From an uncultured Acidimicrobiaceae bacterium (lineage in GTDB: Bacteria > Actinomycetota > Acidimicrobiia > Acidimicrobiales > SZUA-35): a stretch of 24,387 bases of DNA. The stretch spans positions 1 through 24,387 of the forward strand of contig CAZKEM010000046.1 of NCBI GenBank assembly GCA_964551835.1. The letters run 5' to 3'. Made by a program: the position numbers and the translations under genes. The notes beneath the pieces are model-generated. The model made no database searches. It saw only the letters and a program-made list of their open reading frames with translations, and was not told where the DNA came from. Positions 1 through 7,862 of this stretch are shown here, one piece after another (the stretch's first letter is position 1; every line of letters starts with the position of its first letter).

Positions 1-80
1 TGCCAAACGGTTTACCGGTACGGCTCGAGATGCCTGCGAGAATGGTCGCTACAACCCAAAGTGGGCACGCCTTAGTCGTC

Positions 81-299
81 TTAGGTACCGCTAAATAGGG
101 GAGTAAAAACCTCTTGATCCTCGACCCAACTGGCGACGAGATTGCAAGGTTCGGCACGACCTGCAAGACGGGCCTTGTAGATCAGGTCATCCCGGTCGGA
201 GAGGAAATCAGAGTCATTGAAGTAACGTCGAACGAAACACTTAGCTATACCGACCCGAACCCAGCGATGGCGGTGGAACAATTTCTTATGAAAGTCCAT
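81..299 (-). CDS. hypothetical small protein (72 aa); identity and reality uncertain
   Basis: ATG-initiated ORF ending TAA at 81-83. No recognisable motif and no clear SD. It overlaps an equally plausible plus-strand ORF (114-344). Confidence 0.2.
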   Translation of the reverse strand: MDFHKKLFHRHRWVRVGIAKCFVRRYFNDSDFLSDRDDLIYKARLAGRAEPCNLVASWVEDQEVFTPLFSGT

Positions 300-357
300 G
301 ACAGGGGTTGGAGATTTCTAAATCTGAAGTCTTGTATGCTATAAAATCGTCTAGGAG

Positions 358-1656
358 ATGAACGAACCGCCGACATGTCAGCTGCTTCGCCAACCGAACC
401 TTCTCGCGAGTCCAACAGTTCCTTCGCAAGAGATCCCTTCCGTCGTCGCGGATACGATCGAAAATGCGTTTCCGCGGAAAGACGATAGATCACGTTTGAG
501 GTCAACGCCCAAGATTGCGATTGGGGTTGGTTCTCGTGGCATCGCCAACATCGATCTGATCGTAAAGGCCGTCGGAGATACGTTTAGGGGCCGGGGTTAC
601 CAGCCCTTTATCGTCCCAGCGATGGGAAGCCACGGCGGTGCCACCCAAGAGGGCCAGATCGCAACCCTACAGAAGCTCGGTATCTCAGAAGAGACTGTTG
701 GCCTTCCGATCATCGGTGACATGACAACAGTTCAGATTACTAACGTTGACTCGCTGAACATTGGGATCGGAGTCACCTCCTGGCAAGACGACACTTTGAT
801 TTTTCCGATTGGTCGAATCAAACCTCATACAGGTGTTGTCTCGCCAACAACCCAAAGCGGTCTGCGAAAGATGCTTCTTATAGGCTTTGGCAAACAGAGC
901 TACGCGGCTGCGTATCACTCGGTTGCGGGAACGGCGGGCCTTGGCCCGGTTATCGAGAGAGGATCGGAAGCGCTCGTCGCGTCGGGTCGTGTCCTCGGCG
1001 GGCTTGCAATTGTGGAAGGACCAAACCACGGCACGTATCTGCTCGAAGCGATACGAGCCGCCGATTTCTCAACCCGCGAGCCGAAACTTCTGGCGCTGGC
1101 AAACCGTCTGATGCCTACGTTTCCCAGTGCATTGCCCTCAATTGACATACTCCACCTGTGGCAGGTTGGCAAACCAATTTCGGGTACAAGTGCCGATCCG
1201 AACGTCACCTCCAAACGCCTTGATGGAACGAGCCGGGTACCCGGTAAAGGAACCACACCCATTGGGGTGGTGTGCGCATCAAACGCCCATCCAGACACAG
1301 CGGGCAACCTAGTCGGGGTCCATCTCCTCGATGCGGTGACCGATAAGTTGGCGCAAGAGATAGGGCCAGCGACGTTTGAAAACGCTCGTGCAAGTGGGTC
1401 CGTCAAAGGGGCCCAACCCAAGCTTGGTTTGCCAGATGATGAGTCCATGATTCGGTGGGCGTTTTCAAATTTCGAAGCTGGCGCCAGCTTCGTATCGATT
1501 CGAGACACACTACATCTTGGAGAGATGATCGTCGATAGTTCGACGGCAAGAAGTCTGCGGACGTCGGACGAAGTCGAGTTTGTTGGCAAACCCTTCGAGC
1601 TTAGGTTCGAAGGAGGAAACCTAGTGAACCTCTGGAACGAGCAACCCGAACAGTAG
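358..1656 (+). CDS. LarA-like / DUF2088-DUF362-type domain protein, 432 aa (family assignment tentative)
   Basis: Long ORF with coding-like GC3 and GGAG directly upstream of the ATG. The AMGSHGGAT and RIKPHTG segments resemble the His/Lys-containing motifs of LarA_N-like folds; this is recalled from memory and not verified. Confidence 0.7.
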   Translation: MNEPPTCQLLRQPNLLASPTVPSQEIPSVVADTIENAFPRKDDRSRLRSTPKIAIGVGSRGIANIDLIVKAVGDTFRGRGYQPFIVPAMGSHGGATQEGQIATLQKLGISEETVGLPIIGDMTTVQITNVDSLNIGIGVTSWQDDTLIFPIGRIKPHTGVVSPTTQSGLRKMLLIGFGKQSYAAAYHSVAGTAGLGPVIERGSEALVASGRVLGGLAIVEGPNHGTYLLEAIRAADFSTREPKLLALANRLMPTFPSALPSIDILHLWQVGKPISGTSADPNVTSKRLDGTSRVPGKGTTPIGVVCASNAHPDTAGNLVGVHLLDAVTDKLAQEIGPATFENARASGSVKGAQPKLGLPDDESMIRWAFSNFEAGASFVSIRDTLHLGEMIVDSSTARSLRTSDEVEFVGKPFELRFEGGNLVNLWNEQPEQ

Positions 1657-1670
1657 GGTCCTTCGCTTCG

Positions 1671-1925
1671 CTAATTTTGGGCCATCGCCCACTTGGCGAT
1701 AGCGTCGGCCGCAGTCTTCGGTTCTAGTTCTGTGGTGTCGAGCGTTAATAGGTGTTCTGCGTCGTAGCCCATCAGCGGCTTGTTTTCTGTATGGTTGCGC
1801 TCTGCCATCTCCACGTCCAGCGGCTTACGAGCCCCTCGACGACTCTCCCCGACGATTCGACGCAAGTTCTCCTCGAGACTACACGTTATGTGGACCACCA
1901 AAAGCGGGGGACGGCTGGCACCCAA
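1671..1925 (-). pseudogene. C-terminal fragment (84 codons, TTG-initiated ORF) of a chloramphenicol-phosphotransferase-like (CPT/AAA_33) P-loop kinase. No intact Walker A upstream.
   Basis: The translation LLVVHITCSLEENLRRIVGESRRGARK...YDAEHLLTLDTTELEPKTAADAIAKWA resembles the C-terminal half of CPT-family small kinases. An in-frame stop lies about 30 codons upstream. A shifted frame upstream (ATG 2047..2045; VINRASQPSERD) looks like a degenerate P-loop. Confidence 0.4.
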
Positions 1926-2349
1926 GGACTCGATTCGGCCCCATTCCGCCGAAGAAGGCGACAGGCATCGCGTTCGCTCGGTTGGCTGGCACGATTGATC
2001 ACGGTTGTTGCCGTCGTATCAGTCGTGTTAACCGGTGCGGCCGCCATCGTAGGGCTCTCAAAACCTTGACTCGTCTGAATTTGTTGTCACCGCTGCGAAC
2101 TGGTTCACCGGAATGTGGCCACTCTTCTGGTTAAGCGGCGGTGCGCTTTTCGCTGGTCTTGGTCTGAGCCTACTTGGGCTAGTAATCGCCGCGGCACAAG
2201 CCGTTTGACCCCTGCCTTCGCGGCTGTATGGGTACTGGTTCTGTGTCGCCGGACATTGTCCGATGGCACCCGTACCAGCGGTCACAAACCCTCAATTTGA
2301 AACCTCGGTCGACGTACAATTGTCTTTGAGTCCAATAAGGAGGATCTCA

Positions 2350-2766
2350 ATGTTTGGAATCCCGAAACGTCAGAAGAACACCGTGAGCGAAGACGTCGTG
2401 GACGCTCTTAGTTTCACGTACAACAGCGTGGAAATCGCTGTGATGGATCGCCTTGGTACCCGTACTGAGGTTGCTGAAGGTACTGTCATAGCCGCTGAGG
2501 GTAAACTCGGAGCAGAAGCAATACTTCTTCTTGAAGGTACAGCCGATGTTAGCCGTGATGGTGTCAAGGTGGCGACCGTCGGTAAAGCCGACATCGTGGG
2601 CGAAGGGTCATTGCTTACGGGCAAGCCTCGGAATGCTTCGATTGTTGCGAATACTACGGTTGATTTGGTGACGTTCACTCCTCAGGAATTCTCGGGTTTG
2701 TTGAATGCGTGTCCACGACTTGATGTTCAAATGAAGCAGCTCTTAGAAGAGCGTGTGCCTGCATAA
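2350..2766 (+). CDS. stand-alone cyclic-nucleotide-binding (CAP-effector-type) domain protein, 138 aa
   Basis: AGGAGGA at 2338-2344, 5 nt before ATG 2350. The sequence GTVIAAEGKLGAEAILLLEGTADVS...GEGSLLTGKPRNASIVANT is typical of a cNMP-binding beta-roll. No DNA-binding or other output domain follows. The ORF track extends to an upstream TTG at 2263. Confidence 0.8.
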   Translation: MFGIPKRQKNTVSEDVVDALSFTYNSVEIAVMDRLGTRTEVAEGTVIAAEGKLGAEAILLLEGTADVSRDGVKVATVGKADIVGEGSLLTGKPRNASIVANTTVDLVTFTPQEFSGLLNACPRLDVQMKQLLEERVPA

Positions 2767-2786
2767 CGCAGCGTTATTTCTAGTTC

Positions 2787-2824
2787 TGAATCCGGCTGGC
2801 GTTTGTCGGCCGGATTTGTTGTTT
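2787..2824 (+). terminator. candidate intrinsic terminator after the cNMP-binding gene
   Basis: Perfect 8-bp stem AATCCGGC (2788-2795) / GCCGGATT (2808-2815) with a 12-nt loop, followed by TTGTTGTTTT. Confidence 0.45.
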
Positions 2825-2900
2825 TCCGACTGGGTCGGTGGTCCATCACAATTCACGTCGTTGCGCAGGAATTTGAGACTTCAATACCATACTGGAGCCG

Positions 2901-3602
2901 ATGAAAAACGTTTCACGTGCTGGTGCAGCGCTCGCAGGACTCAAGGTGTCAATTCCAATGGTCCCGCCGGTGATTCCCTTTGGTCTGATTCTCGGGTACT
3001 CGATTACACAAGCACCGTTAGATCCGTTCGTCGGATGGACATCTTCGTGGACCATTTTTGGCGGTGCGTCTCAATTGGCGGCAGTCAATTTGGTCGTCGA
3101 AGGTGCGTCGGCCGTTGTGATTGTCTCGACAGTGGCCATTATCAACGCTCGTCATTTTCTCTACTCGGCAGCGTTGAACGACCGCTTAGATTCGCTTCCT
3201 CGCTGGTTTCGGGTCGTAGCTAGCTACATCCTTATCGACCAGGTTTTTGCGATCATCGAAGCCTTGCCTCGGGACACGCCGAAAGAGCGGATCATGTGGC
3301 TCTGGTTGGGAGCTGGAAGTAGCTTTTGGTTGATCTGGCAGGTATCGGTTGCCGTTGGTGTGGTCTTCGGTGACATATTGCCAACTTCGTGGTCGCTGAA
3401 CTTTGTCGTCCCGCTTATGTTCGGCGGCCTCATGGTACTCAGCATACGAAGTTCGGCCGGGGTAGCGGCCGCCGTCGTTGGCGGCAGTGTGGCCGTAGCT
3501 GCAGCGGGCTTACCACAGGGTTTGGGCCTGGTCGCCGGGATTGTGGCGGGTGTGGCGGCCGGAGCGTTGGTCGAGCGACGCAATGGTGTACCCGATGCGT
3601 GA
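2901..3602 (+). CDS. azlC: AzlC-family branched-chain amino acid exporter subunit
   Basis: Polytopic membrane protein carrying the AzlC signature INARHFLYSAAL. GGAG lies 3 nt before the ATG. Confidence 0.85.
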   Translation: MKNVSRAGAALAGLKVSIPMVPPVIPFGLILGYSITQAPLDPFVGWTSSWTIFGGASQLAAVNLVVEGASAVVIVSTVAIINARHFLYSAALNDRLDSLPRWFRVVASYILIDQVFAIIEALPRDTPKERIMWLWLGAGSSFWLIWQVSVAVGVVFGDILPTSWSLNFVVPLMFGGLMVLSIRSSAGVAAAVVGGSVAVAAAGLPQGLGLVAGIVAGVAAGALVERRNGVPDA

Positions 3603-3903
3603 ATGGTTCGTTTTCGGTGCCGCCGGTGTTCTGACCTACCTGACGCGCGCATCGTTCTTGTTGCTGGGGGATCGCCTGGTGGTGCCCTCCGGCGTTCGCA
3701 AGATGCTTCGCTATGTTGCGCCGGCAGCCTTCGCTGGAATCGCCGTGCCTGCCGTTGTCGGGAGTAGTGTGGCGAGCGTAGAACTCAGTGCACTGGTGGC
3801 CGGGTTTGTAGCCGTGCTCGTCGTTTGGAAGACTCGAAATCTAGTACTTTGTATGGTTTCTGGAATGGCTACGTTGTGGCTTGCCCAATGGTTCGGCCTG
3901 TGA
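3595..3903 (+). CDS. azlD: AzlD-family branched-chain amino acid transport protein (about 102 aa)
   Basis: Small protein of about 4 TM helices, starting MREWFVFGAAGVLTYLTRASFLLLG. Its ATG at 3595 overlaps the azlC stop (ATGCGTGA, 8-nt overlap). The ORF track lists a longer version from 3541. Confidence 0.75.
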   Translation: MREWFVFGAAGVLTYLTRASFLLLGDRLVVPSGVRKMLRYVAPAAFAGIAVPAVVGSSVASVELSALVAGFVAVLVVWKTRNLVLCMVSGMATLWLAQWFGL

Positions 3904-3940
3904 CCTGGTGCCCTGAGAAGCGTAAAATCAGGAGCTGGGC

Positions 3941-4810
3941 CTAATCGGGCCTGAGCGCCTGTATCCGCTGCGCGAGTGTCTCGTCTGTTGCGAACAGCAC
4001 GCCTCGATGGTTCATGAAGGTCGAGTCAGCGCGATTCAGGTCGAGGGGCCGACCTTTGATATCGGTAGCTACGGCGCCGATTTCTCGAAACAAACAAGCA
4101 GTGGCTGCGAAGTCCCATAGGCTGCCGCCGCCGGACGGCCCAGGAAATTTGAAGTAGCAGGCCGGAGGGTGTGCGAGCACGCCGCATGCGTTCATTACCG
4201 CTCCGGCAGTTACCTCGAGCCGCAGTCCAGACAAGCCCACGTCTCGTGCGACCTGGTCCAGGGCGTCGCGGAGTGCATCGTGGTCTGCGAGAGCGAGGAA
4301 GCTCCGGTCGGCGAATACGTGAAGCTCCTCACCTTCGGCGAACGGTTCGGTCGGCCAGGGATGGCCGTCGCGAAATGCTCCGGCCCCGGAAATCGCGTGC
4401 AACAGGGTAGCCTCGACCGGGTCATAGACGACACCGATAAGAGGGGTGCCGTCGCTGCCGACCAGGGCGATGGACACCGCATAGCCCGGTGAACCCTCGA
4501 TGAAGGCAAGGGTGCCATCGAGCGGGTCGACGCACCAGAAGTTGTCGGCTACCGTCCGGCTGCCGTCGTCGTTTCGTTCTTCGGTCAGAAGCCCAAGTTC
4601 GAAACGTTCGAGGGAAGGGGTGAGGGTATCGATAATAAGTTCCTCGCTACGCCGATCGACCTCGGTCACGACCTGAGACGCAAGACTCCCACCGGCTCCT
4701 TTGCGCTGAACCTCACGAGGCCGCGACCGTGCGATCATTTTGCCGGCCACGGTAGCGGCCAAGACAGCCAGGTCGGCCAGTTCACGAAGGTCGTTGGGTG
4801 GCAGCTTCAC
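3941..4810 (-). CDS. inositol monophosphatase / CysQ / HisN-family phosphatase, 289 aa
   Basis: Carries the IMPase motifs WCVDPLDGT and [20 protein letters not shown]. Its GTG start at 4810 overlaps the stop of the upstream kinase (GTGA). Confidence 0.85.
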   Translation of the reverse strand: MKLPPNDLRELADLAVLAATVAGKMIARSRPREVQRKGAGGSLASQVVTEVDRRSEELIIDTLTPSLERFELGLLTEERNDDGSRTVADNFWCVDPLDGTLAFIEGSPGYAVSIALVGSDGTPLIGVVYDPVEATLLHAISGAGAFRDGHPWPTEPFAEGEELHVFADRSFLALADHDALRDALDQVARDVGLSGLRLEVTAGAVMNACGVLAHPPACYFKFPGPSGGGSLWDFAATACLFREIGAVATDIKGRPLDLNRADSTFMNHRGVLFATDETLAQRIQALRPD

Positions 4811-5799
4811 AGTCCCTCCAAGACTTCGCGAGTAAGCCGATCACTGTAGCGATGAAGTTTCCAGTGCCCCGGGCTCCAACCTTGCAGGAAGCGACAGAAG
4901 TCTGTCCAGGCGACCGGATAGAGTTCGCGCCAGTCCGCCTCTAATGCAGCGAAGTCCAGCAGCTTGCCAGAAACCGTTAACGCGTCTTCTAGTAGTTCGA
5001 AGTAACGGTCGAGCAGACCAGGGACCACTACTTCGCTGTCGTCTTCGTCGAGACAGCTGCTAACAAAATAGGCAACGTCCTTCATGCCGCAGCCGCCTCC
5101 CACATACTGAAAGTCGACAGCAGCGACACGGCCACCGTCGACGTCGAAGCAAAAGTTCGCCGCCTTGGCATCCCCATGAACGAAGGTCTGAAACGGGCTA
5201 CTCTCGAGCCGACGATCGATAGTTTCGGCCGCCGCCTTAAGCGGACCATCTTCAAGAGCGTCGAGTTCGTCTGGGCGAGTCGCCAAGTGCCAATAGGTGC
5301 CCGTGGACCACAGTCCTTTGGGCCGCTCACCCATGAAGGTGGCGTGAAAACTAGCCAACCACGCCAGACAGGCTTCGAGCTCGGCTTCGTTCAGTTGTCG
5401 GCGTCGCCCTGAAAACCCCGACTCATCAAGATCTTCCAAAACAATAACTACCCCATCGGGCAGCGTCTTGCGGGCTAGACAACGGGGCACACGACAGGTA
5501 GCGGGACATCTCTCCCCGTACCGGTCGTACCACGTCGTCTCGACCTGGTAAGAACGTAACTTCCGCTCGTGGGAAAGGTCGGAACTCCAGCCGTACGGAT
5601 GGTCACGGTGGTTGGGCCAAGTGACGTGCTTGACGATCACACTGGTTTGCGGCCCGCCCTCGAGACGGAGCCGCATGATTTGCCCGTACCCACTCCACAG
5701 GCTCTGAACGACCTCGGTGTCGAGGACAGCTCGAGCATTGGCGGCACCGAGTACCACAGTCTCCAAACTCTTCGTCAGTTCGGCATCGGCTTTGCTCAC
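4807..5799 (-). CDS. phosphotransferase-family kinase (APH/ChoK/CHK-like fold), 330 aa
   Basis: Brenner motif HGDAKAANF and a DFQ (DFG-equivalent) segment VDFQYVGGG. The N-terminal glycine-rich segment [13 protein letters not shown]...VIVKHV is a nucleotide-binding loop. GTG start lies 3 nt after the SDR stop. Confidence 0.8.
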   Translation of the reverse strand: MSKADAELTKSLETVVLGAANARAVLDTEVVQSLWSGYGQIMRLRLEGGPQTSVIVKHVTWPNHRDHPYGWSSDLSHERKLRSYQVETTWYDRYGERCPATCRVPRCLARKTLPDGVVIVLEDLDESGFSGRRRQLNEAELEACLAWLASFHATFMGERPKGLWSTGTYWHLATRPDELDALEDGPLKAAAETIDRRLESSPFQTFVHGDAKAANFCFDVDGGRVAAVDFQYVGGGCGMKDVAYFVSSCLDEDDSEVVVPGLLDRYFELLEDALTVSGKLLDFAALEADWRELYPVAWTDFCRFLQGWSPGHWKLHRYSDRLTREVLEGL

Positions 5800-5802
5800 T
5801 GC

Positions 5803-6354
5803 TTACGGCCACCGGCTCAGAGACAGCAGTTTCCACAGAGTTCTCAACCCGACGCTAGCTGTGTCGTTCAGCAAGTTTGTTTTCGACGCCCCGGGGTGGC
5901 AGACCTGGACTTGAACGCTCCTGCCCTCAGCCTCGACTCGGCGTTGAAGCTCGAAGTGGTTCTCGCCAAGCTGGCTTTCAAACCCGTCCACGGTTATTTC
6001 TTGCTTGGCCACCTGCGCTATTGCCGCGTTGCAGATGACAGCATCGATGTGGGGTACCTTTTCGAGTAGCTCGGCTGCGGATTCCCGCACAGAATCCAAT
6101 ACTGCGAGGTCCATGCGTACGAACGATACGGCAGCGTCATCGCCGAATTCCTGTTTCAGCGACGCTATGGCGGTGGCTGATTTGTCGGCGTTGCGGTTCA
6201 TCATCACCACCGACGCGCCCTTGGAAAGAAACATCCGTGTCGCCTCGAACCCAGTGCCAGTGTTGGCTCCTGTGATTACGTATGTCTTGGGTGCGGGGGA
6301 TCCGAGTCGCTCCGGGGTCCAACCATCTGGTCCGAATGTGTTCTTGGTATTCAC
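5803..6354 (-). CDS. short-chain dehydrogenase/reductase (RDH-like) remnant, 183 aa. It retains the Rossmann motif and the C-terminal PG motif but lacks the Ser-Tyr-Lys catalytic segment, so it is probably inactive or a pseudogene.
   Basis: Rossmann motif TGANTGTGFE and NNAG-like CNAAI are present. The later part reads VDGFESQLGENHF...VCHPGASKTNL. The only Tyr in the whole ORF is in the N-terminal KTYVITG, so there is no YxxxK. The NNAG to HPG spacing is about 43 aa, against about 90-100 in functional SDRs. Confidence 0.55.
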   Translation of the reverse strand: MNTKNTFGPDGWTPERLGSPAPKTYVITGANTGTGFEATRMFLSKGASVVMMNRNADKSATAIASLKQEFGDDAAVSFVRMDLAVLDSVRESAAELLEKVPHIDAVICNAAIAQVAKQEITVDGFESQLGENHFELQRRVEAEGRSVQVQVCHPGASKTNLLNDTASVGLRTLWKLLSLSRWP

Positions 6355-6570
6355 TTCGAATCTCCCCGGCTTGGTTTCTTCATCGATTGGAGTGTTTCGT
6401 CTCTGGGTTGAGTTTAGCTAGCCCAAAGAGTTGATTGTTGCAGACGTGATCGGATGGGAACTTTTGGTGACATCGTCGCCGTCCTAGTTATCGAAGACCC
6501 TCTCCCCGACGTTGTTGATCGGCGGCGGGGGTGAGAGGTTACGACCAGGAATCGAAGGACAGTCTTAACA

Positions 6571-7662
6571 ATGAGGAAAGCAATTCTAGCCGGAGTAACG
6601 GCATCTGTACTGCTTGTCAGCGCTTGTAGTTCTACCGGTGGTTCGGCTGATCCCAATGGTTCAGCAGAGTCCACCGTTCCCACTGGAGCGCGTGACACGG
6701 TCCCAGGCCCAAATGAGTTGGATACTTCTGGCGACAACGATCCGGCACCGCCGACGGAAATTGAAAAGCTGACTCCCGGTCCTGCATTTGGTGTTTCAGA
6801 TGTCGAGGTAAAGGCTCTATCTGAAGGAGCTGGGGTAACACAAGAAGCCGCAGAAGTATTTGAAGAGGTTGACTTTCTGAACTTCGTCTACGAATTCGAT
6901 ATCGGTATAGAGTCCATGAACCAATTTGAAACCGTCGACGGAGAATATCTGGACGAGGACCTCTTCTTTGCGGTGACCAATATTCAATACGGTGATATCG
7001 GTGAAGACGGAGCGGTTGAAGCTGTCGTCTATGTGCACTACAACACCGGCGGGACGGGCCAGTTTACCGATGTCATTGTCTATGGACTGGATGACGGCGG
7101 TGCCCCAGTGCAACTCGCCACCGCTGGCTCAGGCGATAGAGCTAATGGGGGTATTGAATCGGGCCGGATACGAGATGGAAGCCTTCAACTGTCGAGATTT
7201 GAGGGCGACGCTGCTTGCTGTCCGACCAAGGTCCTCACCTATGAGTATCGAGATTGGAAAGATGGATTTCTCCAGCCTTTAGGCGAACCTGAGAAGGAAG
7301 CGTTTGTATCGTTTGACGGCCCGCCAAATGTCAATCCTCCCGACTACGATTCGTCCGAGTTGAAATTTCTTCCGGGCACTTCATCTGCTCGGATGTTCGG
7401 TTCAGGAGACTCCAACCCGTTAACGTTTGAGGCCTTCAAGGGCCAGACTACGAGAGTAGAACTCACCTCAGAGATATTTGGCCAGGTAAGCCTTAGTCTG
7501 ACCGATTCGACAACCGGCGAAGTTCTGGGAGAAATACAAGTGAACACTGCAATTACCGTTGAGCTGCCAAACGACGGCGAATATGTACTAACACCTTCGG
7601 TTATCAGTGCCGAGCTAGATGATGTTTCCCCAGGTTTCGAAGCAGAGATACAAATCAACTAG
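6571..7662 (+). CDS. secreted, highly acidic lipoprotein of unknown function, 363 aa
   Basis: Signal peptide MRKAILAGVTASVLLVSAC with lipobox VSAC. The mature part is D/E/G/T-rich and contains a CC pair (DAACCPTK). Confidence 0.8.
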   Translation: MRKAILAGVTASVLLVSACSSTGGSADPNGSAESTVPTGARDTVPGPNELDTSGDNDPAPPTEIEKLTPGPAFGVSDVEVKALSEGAGVTQEAAEVFEEVDFLNFVYEFDIGIESMNQFETVDGEYLDEDLFFAVTNIQYGDIGEDGAVEAVVYVHYNTGGTGQFTDVIVYGLDDGGAPVQLATAGSGDRANGGIESGRIRDGSLQLSRFEGDAACCPTKVLTYEYRDWKDGFLQPLGEPEKEAFVSFDGPPNVNPPDYDSSELKFLPGTSSARMFGSGDSNPLTFEAFKGQTTRVELTSEIFGQVSLSLTDSTTGEVLGEIQVNTAITVELPNDGEYVLTPSVISAELDDVSPGFEAEIQIN

Positions 7663-7862
7663 AGCGAGCAAGAAAGGTTCCGGACGCTGATCACCAGGTA
7701 GTCAGAGGGTTATCTGGCGATCACGATCGGTTACGAACGTTGTGGTGGGTCCTGACCCAAGGCAACGGTGGTTCTGAATTCGGCTAGAGTCTATACTTGG
7801 GCTCAAGTGTCTCCATGCCGTGACTTCGAGTAGCGTTCACGAGATGACCTAGGGAGTTCGCC

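Noticed and set aside
114-344. 76-aa plus-strand ORF MILDPTGDEIARFG...
   Set aside because: It overlaps the 81-299 minus-strand ORF and I have no evidence to prefer either. Coding-like GC3 is seen only in its first third. There is no RBS or motif, so it is left uncalled.
2058-2300. ORFs 2058-2285 (minus) and 2115-2300 (plus) in the 425-bp gene-poor stretch
   Set aside because: They have no start-context support and low-complexity translations. They lie in a region interpreted as decayed kinase gene plus promoter of the cNMP-binding gene.
3904-3940. Possible bidirectional terminator between convergent azlD and the phosphatase gene
   Set aside because: Only 4-bp GGCC/GGCC complementarity and no T-tract. 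There is no convincing hairpin.
5569-6069. 166-aa plus-strand ORF overlapping the kinase and SDR genes
   Set aside because: It is antisense to two motif-supported minus-strand CDSs. No motif, so it is an artefact.
6498-6538. Imperfect GC-rich inverted repeat CCCTCTCCCCGACG ... CGGCGGGGGTGAGAGG in the divergent SDR/lipoprotein spacer
   Set aside because: The arms need a bulge and mismatches to pair; only CTCTC/GAGAG plus about 4 GC pairs are convincing. It could be a weak 5'-UTR hairpin of the lipoprotein mRNA but is not strong enough to call.
6414-6737. 107-aa minus-strand ORF spanning the SDR-lipoprotein intergenic region and the lipoprotein signal peptide
   Set aside because: It overlaps the well-supported lipoprotein start (signal peptide plus lipobox) on the opposite strand. 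Its translation is low-complexity.
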